Sequence record: PZ445554.1
Direction: 5' to 3' (one strand)
From: a phage
DNA: 64,000 nucleotides
This document shows, piece after piece, positions 60,830 to 64,000 of the stretch. The first letter of the stretch is position 1. The number at the start of each line of letters is the position of its first letter. The translations under genes were made by a program, and so were the position numbers. The notes under the pieces were generated by a model. That model did not search any database. It was given only the letters and a program-made list of their open reading frames with translations, and was not told the DNA's origin.

Positions 60830-61566
60830 TTCCACTCACCATTATAATCTTTTTTCACAATATGAGTTTCGCCAGTATTCCACCAATGATCAACCAAGTA
60901 AAAATGACGAGAATATACATGAAGACTTCCAACATTCCATATAATAGAACCTGCTTTATACTGACGAGTTGAATCGCCTGCATTCAAATCAGATACTAAT
61001 TTATCTAATACGTATTTTTGCCATGCATAATCATTACGGAATCCGAAGACCACATCATTTGAGCGCATGCTTACTACTGCATTGACTTTCTTATCACGAA
61101 TCAGGTACTGTACTGTATTAGTACACATGAAATCTGACATACCATCTTTATTGTAGTCAAATTGCATGGATGGACGAGTATAAATCATGATACCACGTCG
61201 AGAATCAGGATTTTGACCAAGTTCAGCTAAACACATATCATACTGAGCATAGTTATCTTCTGACCAGATAGCCCAACCATAATTCGAGTTAATTTCGCCT
61301 TTAGAAGATGCTACCTGCTGCCAAATCTTTGGTGTTTCACCTGGAATATCTTTAACAAACAAGCTCTTAGATTTATACCATTCAAGTTCACGCTGAATGT
61401 ATTCATCATTAAGAGCGCCAAAAATAAACGGTTCATCTGCTACAAATGATGCGCCAATAATTTCAATAGTTTTAACGCCAGTTTTATCAACTACGAAATC
61501 TTTTTCTTTTAATGCAAGCCCCAAATGAAGACGGATTTCTTCAACTGTCATAGAGTCACTAATCAT
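60826..61566 (-). CDS. 42: dCMP hydroxymethylase gp42
   Basis: 246 aa; sequence recognised as T4 gp42 (MISDSMTVEEIRLHLG...). Confidence 0.9.
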   Translation of the reverse strand: MISDSMTVEEIRLHLGLALKEKDFVVDKTGVKTIEIIGASFVADEPFIFGALNDEYIQRELEWYKSKSLFVKDIPGETPKIWQQVASSKGEINSNYGWAIWSEDNYAQYDMCLAELGQNPDSRRGIMIYTRPSMQFDYNKDGMSDFMCTNTVQYLIRDKKVNAVVSMRSNDVVFGFRNDYAWQKYVLDKLVSDLNAGDSTRQYKAGSIIWNVGSLHVYSRHFYLVDHWWNTGETHIVKKDYNGEWK

Positions 61567-61573
61567 TTAAACC

Positions 61574-61723
61574 TCAATTGATACATTCATATTTAACTTG
61601 TAACAGTAATAAACCCCAACCTAAAATAATAGTTGGAATCATAAGAGGAACCGTTACACTATAGTATATACTTATTATAACCATCAAGATTAAAAGCAAC
61701 ACTGCTATAATTTTGCTTTTCAT
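61574..61723 (-). CDS. small membrane ORF, about 49 aa (absent from track)
   Basis: ATG overlaps imm stop (ATGA); hydrophobic. Confidence 0.3.
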   Translation of the reverse strand: MKSKIIAVLLLILMVIISIYYSVTVPLMIPTIILGWGLLLLQVKYECIN

Positions 61724-61971
61724 TCCTTCTCTCTGATGATAATTACCTGATTTGGCTGTGCAGACTTTTTAGTTTCACCTGCAATTGACCAAATAAATGT
61801 AATAAACCAACCAATAATTGACCAGTTAAACAGTAAAGACGTGAAAAATATTCCTACTGTCGATTTTGACCCACGCATCAAGGCGATAAACCATGGAAGC
61901 ATGTATATAATAATAGCCAACACACCTGAAACTAAAACCATAAAAATTGAACCTGCTACTAAAGTTTCCAT
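61720..61971 (-). CDS. imm: superinfection immunity membrane protein Imm
   Basis: 83 aa, two TM helices; length and position between 42 and 43 match T4 Imm. Confidence 0.7.
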   Translation of the reverse strand: METLVAGSIFMVLVSGVLAIIIYMLPWFIALMRGSKSTVGIFFTSLLFNWSIIGWFITFIWSIAGETKKSAQPNQVIIIREKE

Positions 61972-61978
61972 GTTTTCC

Positions 61979-62359
61979 TCACTTAGTCAAATTTTTTACG
62001 CATGAATTATAAGAATTCACTACATACTCCATCGGAGCATTTTTACCGGTACGCCATTGGTAATTATTAGCCCAATTTGCCCAAATTTCAGCACAGTAGT
62101 TTTCAATTTTTTCTTCGCGTGTAATTACATCCGAATTACGATATGCTTGAGCAGATTCATCTGGACGAATAGCTTCGTCAAAATTCGCCTGCATTTGTTC
62201 TACTGTTTGCTTTGGAGCTTCTTTATAACACTTGACATTAGGATTATAAAACTTGCTTGAACAGTTTACAATTTTTCCTACATCAGACTGATTTACTACC
62301 GGTCCTTGAGCTACACAACCAGTAAGACCTAATGCAATAACCAAAATAGCGATTTTCAT
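61979..62359 (-). CDS. putative lipoprotein, 126 aa (imm.1 position)
   Basis: ATG at 62357-62359 with SD GGAGAA (track start is TTG); signal peptide with lipobox LTGC. Confidence 0.5.
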   Translation of the reverse strand: MKIAILVIALGLTGCVAQGPVVNQSDVGKIVNCSSKFYNPNVKCYKEAPKQTVEQMQANFDEAIRPDESAQAYRNSDVITREEKIENYCAEIWANWANNYQWRTGKNAPMEYVVNSYNSCVKNLTK

Positions 62360-62387
62360 TTCATTCTCCAAATCCGTATCAGTTGAT

Positions 62388-62424
62388 AGTTGTATAGTAC
62401 CATGGAAGAACAGGGATGTAAACA
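62388..62424 (-). promoter_or_regulatory. T4 early-type promoter (cassette copy)
   Basis: GTTTAC-18 bp-ATGGTACTATAC. Confidence 0.5.
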
Positions 62425-62504
62425 GTTTTGTGAAAAAATTTTTAGTGAATTCAAAGGGTCCAGAATCATCTGTTTTTCATAAGTATAGATTTATATTACT
62501 TGTA

Positions 62505-62527
62505 TGAAAAGGGGACCCGGAGGTCCC
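62505..62527 (-). terminator. rho-independent terminator downstream of gene 43
   Basis: Stem GGGACC, 4-nt loop, stem GGTCCC, then CUUUUC on the minus-strand transcript. Confidence 0.5.
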
Positions 62528-62540
62528 TAGATTTATTCTA

Positions 62541-64000
62541 TCAGCCAAACAGGAAGTCTAACGAAGCTTTTTCCTCATAGTCCATACCTGCCGATTCACA
62601 CATACCCGCAAGCGGTTTAACAAACGATTTTTGGAACAAAGTTGAGTAGTCAATCCAAGATAGTACATCAGAACGAATTTCTTTTGGAAGTTCTGTACCC
62701 GATGGCCAAGCAATGCACTTGTCACCAAATGGATTTCCTTCACGTAATGGAAGAACCATTACTTTATTTCCATCCAAAATTGGAGCTACACCTAGACCAC
62801 TAACAGCTCGACGATAAGTTAGCACACCGCGAATATGGAACGGGCATTTAAATCCTGGCCAACCTTTATCATCATATTTCGCTATATCGTTCGCAGTTTT
62901 TACTTCAGCAATAACTTTATAGTCGAGTTGACGATATTCTTTCTCGAAGTTCTTGTAATATTCTTGGACAGACTCTTCACCTTCCTGAAGAATACGACGA
63001 ATACTTTCTTCGAGAGCTTCTTGCACTGCTTTTGGTGTTGAACTCTGCTGAGTTTCCATACCCATGATTTTTAGATGCGGTTCAGCAAATCGCTTATCTT
63101 CCATATCATAAACGTTCAGAGCATAACGTTTTTTCGCTTTCCAAAATCCACCAACGCCCTTTGAACCAAGCGGAGGGCAAGAAATAGCTTCACGGTCCAT
63201 ATGCATCAGATGCTCGCGGTTATTCATATAATCACATAACTCACGATATGCAACATCAATCATAGGTTCCATCTTTTTCTTACCAAACTGATTCATAAAT
63301 TCAACTAAATCGTTCTGCTCTTTGAATCGGTCAAGACCAACTTTTTCAATAACTTTATCTACACAAACATATACCGAATCAGTATCACCTGCTGCGATGA
63401 AATCTTCACCATTAGTTCCGCATACTTTATTCAGATATTCATTAATTTTACGAGCAATCCACTGAATACCGACTTGGCCGAAAATTGTGATAGCAGTAGC
63501 ATTTCGCAAATCATAGTAACGGAAATGAATATTACCAAGAGCACCATAAAGACTGTTAATGAGAATTTTACGGTTCAGCTGATTTGTGTTAGCAAGTGTA
63601 GCTGCTTTTTCACATTCCTCGATCAGACTATTGAGAACAGATTCAGTATAATTCGATAGTTCATTTAAGAAATCATCACTGAACTTAACATATCGTTCAA
63701 CTTCTGGTTTAGTTGAACAAGACCCTGCGCCTTTCATAATAATCTTTTTAATAGCTTCGGCATTCATTTCTTCAGCGAACATTTTCTTTTTCCAGTCTTT
63801 ACGCTGGAAAAATACTTTAGCGATTTCCTTTGGAATGATACCTTCTTGATGCTTATCATACATCCATCCATTCGGAGAACAAGAATATTCATCACTCGGT
63901 TTAGGAGCTGTTCCTGCGATATATTCATGAATTGGATGAACTTTAAACTGCCCACGAATAGTCTCAGGACTAATGTTAACCTGACGAATAATGCTCGGAT
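62541..64000 (-). CDS. 43: DNA polymerase gp43, C-terminal part (gene continues beyond window end)
   Basis: Family B polymerase motif B KILINSLYG and motif C YGDTDS-type (AAGDTDSVYV); reading frame stays open to position 64000. Confidence 0.9.
   Translation of the reverse strand, partial: PSIIRQVNISPETIRGQFKVHPIHEYIAGTAPKPSDEYSCSPNGWMYDKHQEGIIPKEIAKVFFQRKDWKKKMFAEEMNAEAIKKIIMKGAGSCSTKPEVERYVKFSDDFLNELSNYTESVLNSLIEECEKAATLANTNQLNRKILINSLYGALGNIHFRYYDLRNATAITIFGQVGIQWIARKINEYLNKVCGTNGEDFIAAGDTDSVYVCVDKVIEKVGLDRFKEQNDLVEFMNQFGKKKMEPMIDVAYRELCDYMNNREHLMHMDREAISCPPLGSKGVGGFWKAKKRYALNVYDMEDKRFAEPHLKIMGMETQQSSTPKAVQEALEESIRRILQEGEESVQEYYKNFEKEYRQLDYKVIAEVKTANDIAKYDDKGWPGFKCPFHIRGVLTYRRAVSGLGVAPILDGNKVMVLPLREGNPFGDKCIAWPSGTELPKEIRSDVLSWIDYSTLFQKSFVKPLAGMCESAGMDYEEKASLDFLFG

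Overview
The window reads as one contiguous segment of a T-even (T4-like, Tevenvirinae) myovirus genome, with no bacterial genes, tRNAs, CRISPR arrays or integrase/transposase. Gene order and protein lengths follow the T4 early/late map from the rIII-31-cd-pseT-rnlA-denA-nrdB-nrdA-td-frd-32-59-33-dsbA-rnh block (minus strand), through the plus-strand long-tail-fibre operon 34-35-36-37-38 and holin t, then asiA-arn-motA-52-(ndd)-denB-rIIB-rIIA-39-dexA-dda-modA-modB-soc-56-61-sp-dmd-41-40-uvsX-42-imm, ending inside DNA polymerase gene 43. Several traits point to a T2/T6-type rather than T4-type backbone: a 266-aa glycine-rich gp38 adhesin, a single unsplit topoisomerase gene 39, intron-free td and nrdB, and a GT-A glycosyltransferase where T4 carries beta-glucosyltransferase. 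All assignments rest on reading the sequence and recalled T4 protein lengths and motifs; no database search was run. The supplied ORF track uses GTG/TTG as well as ATG starts, so several starts were moved to the in-frame ATG that has a Shine-Dalgarno and, where known, reproduces the T4 protein length. I did not find a clearly novel multi-gene system; the most interesting unexplained structure is a multi-copy promoter-leader-terminator cassette, duplicated stem-loops flanking a small ORF, two tandem paralogue pairs, and strings of tiny membrane-peptide ORFs in the plastic regions.
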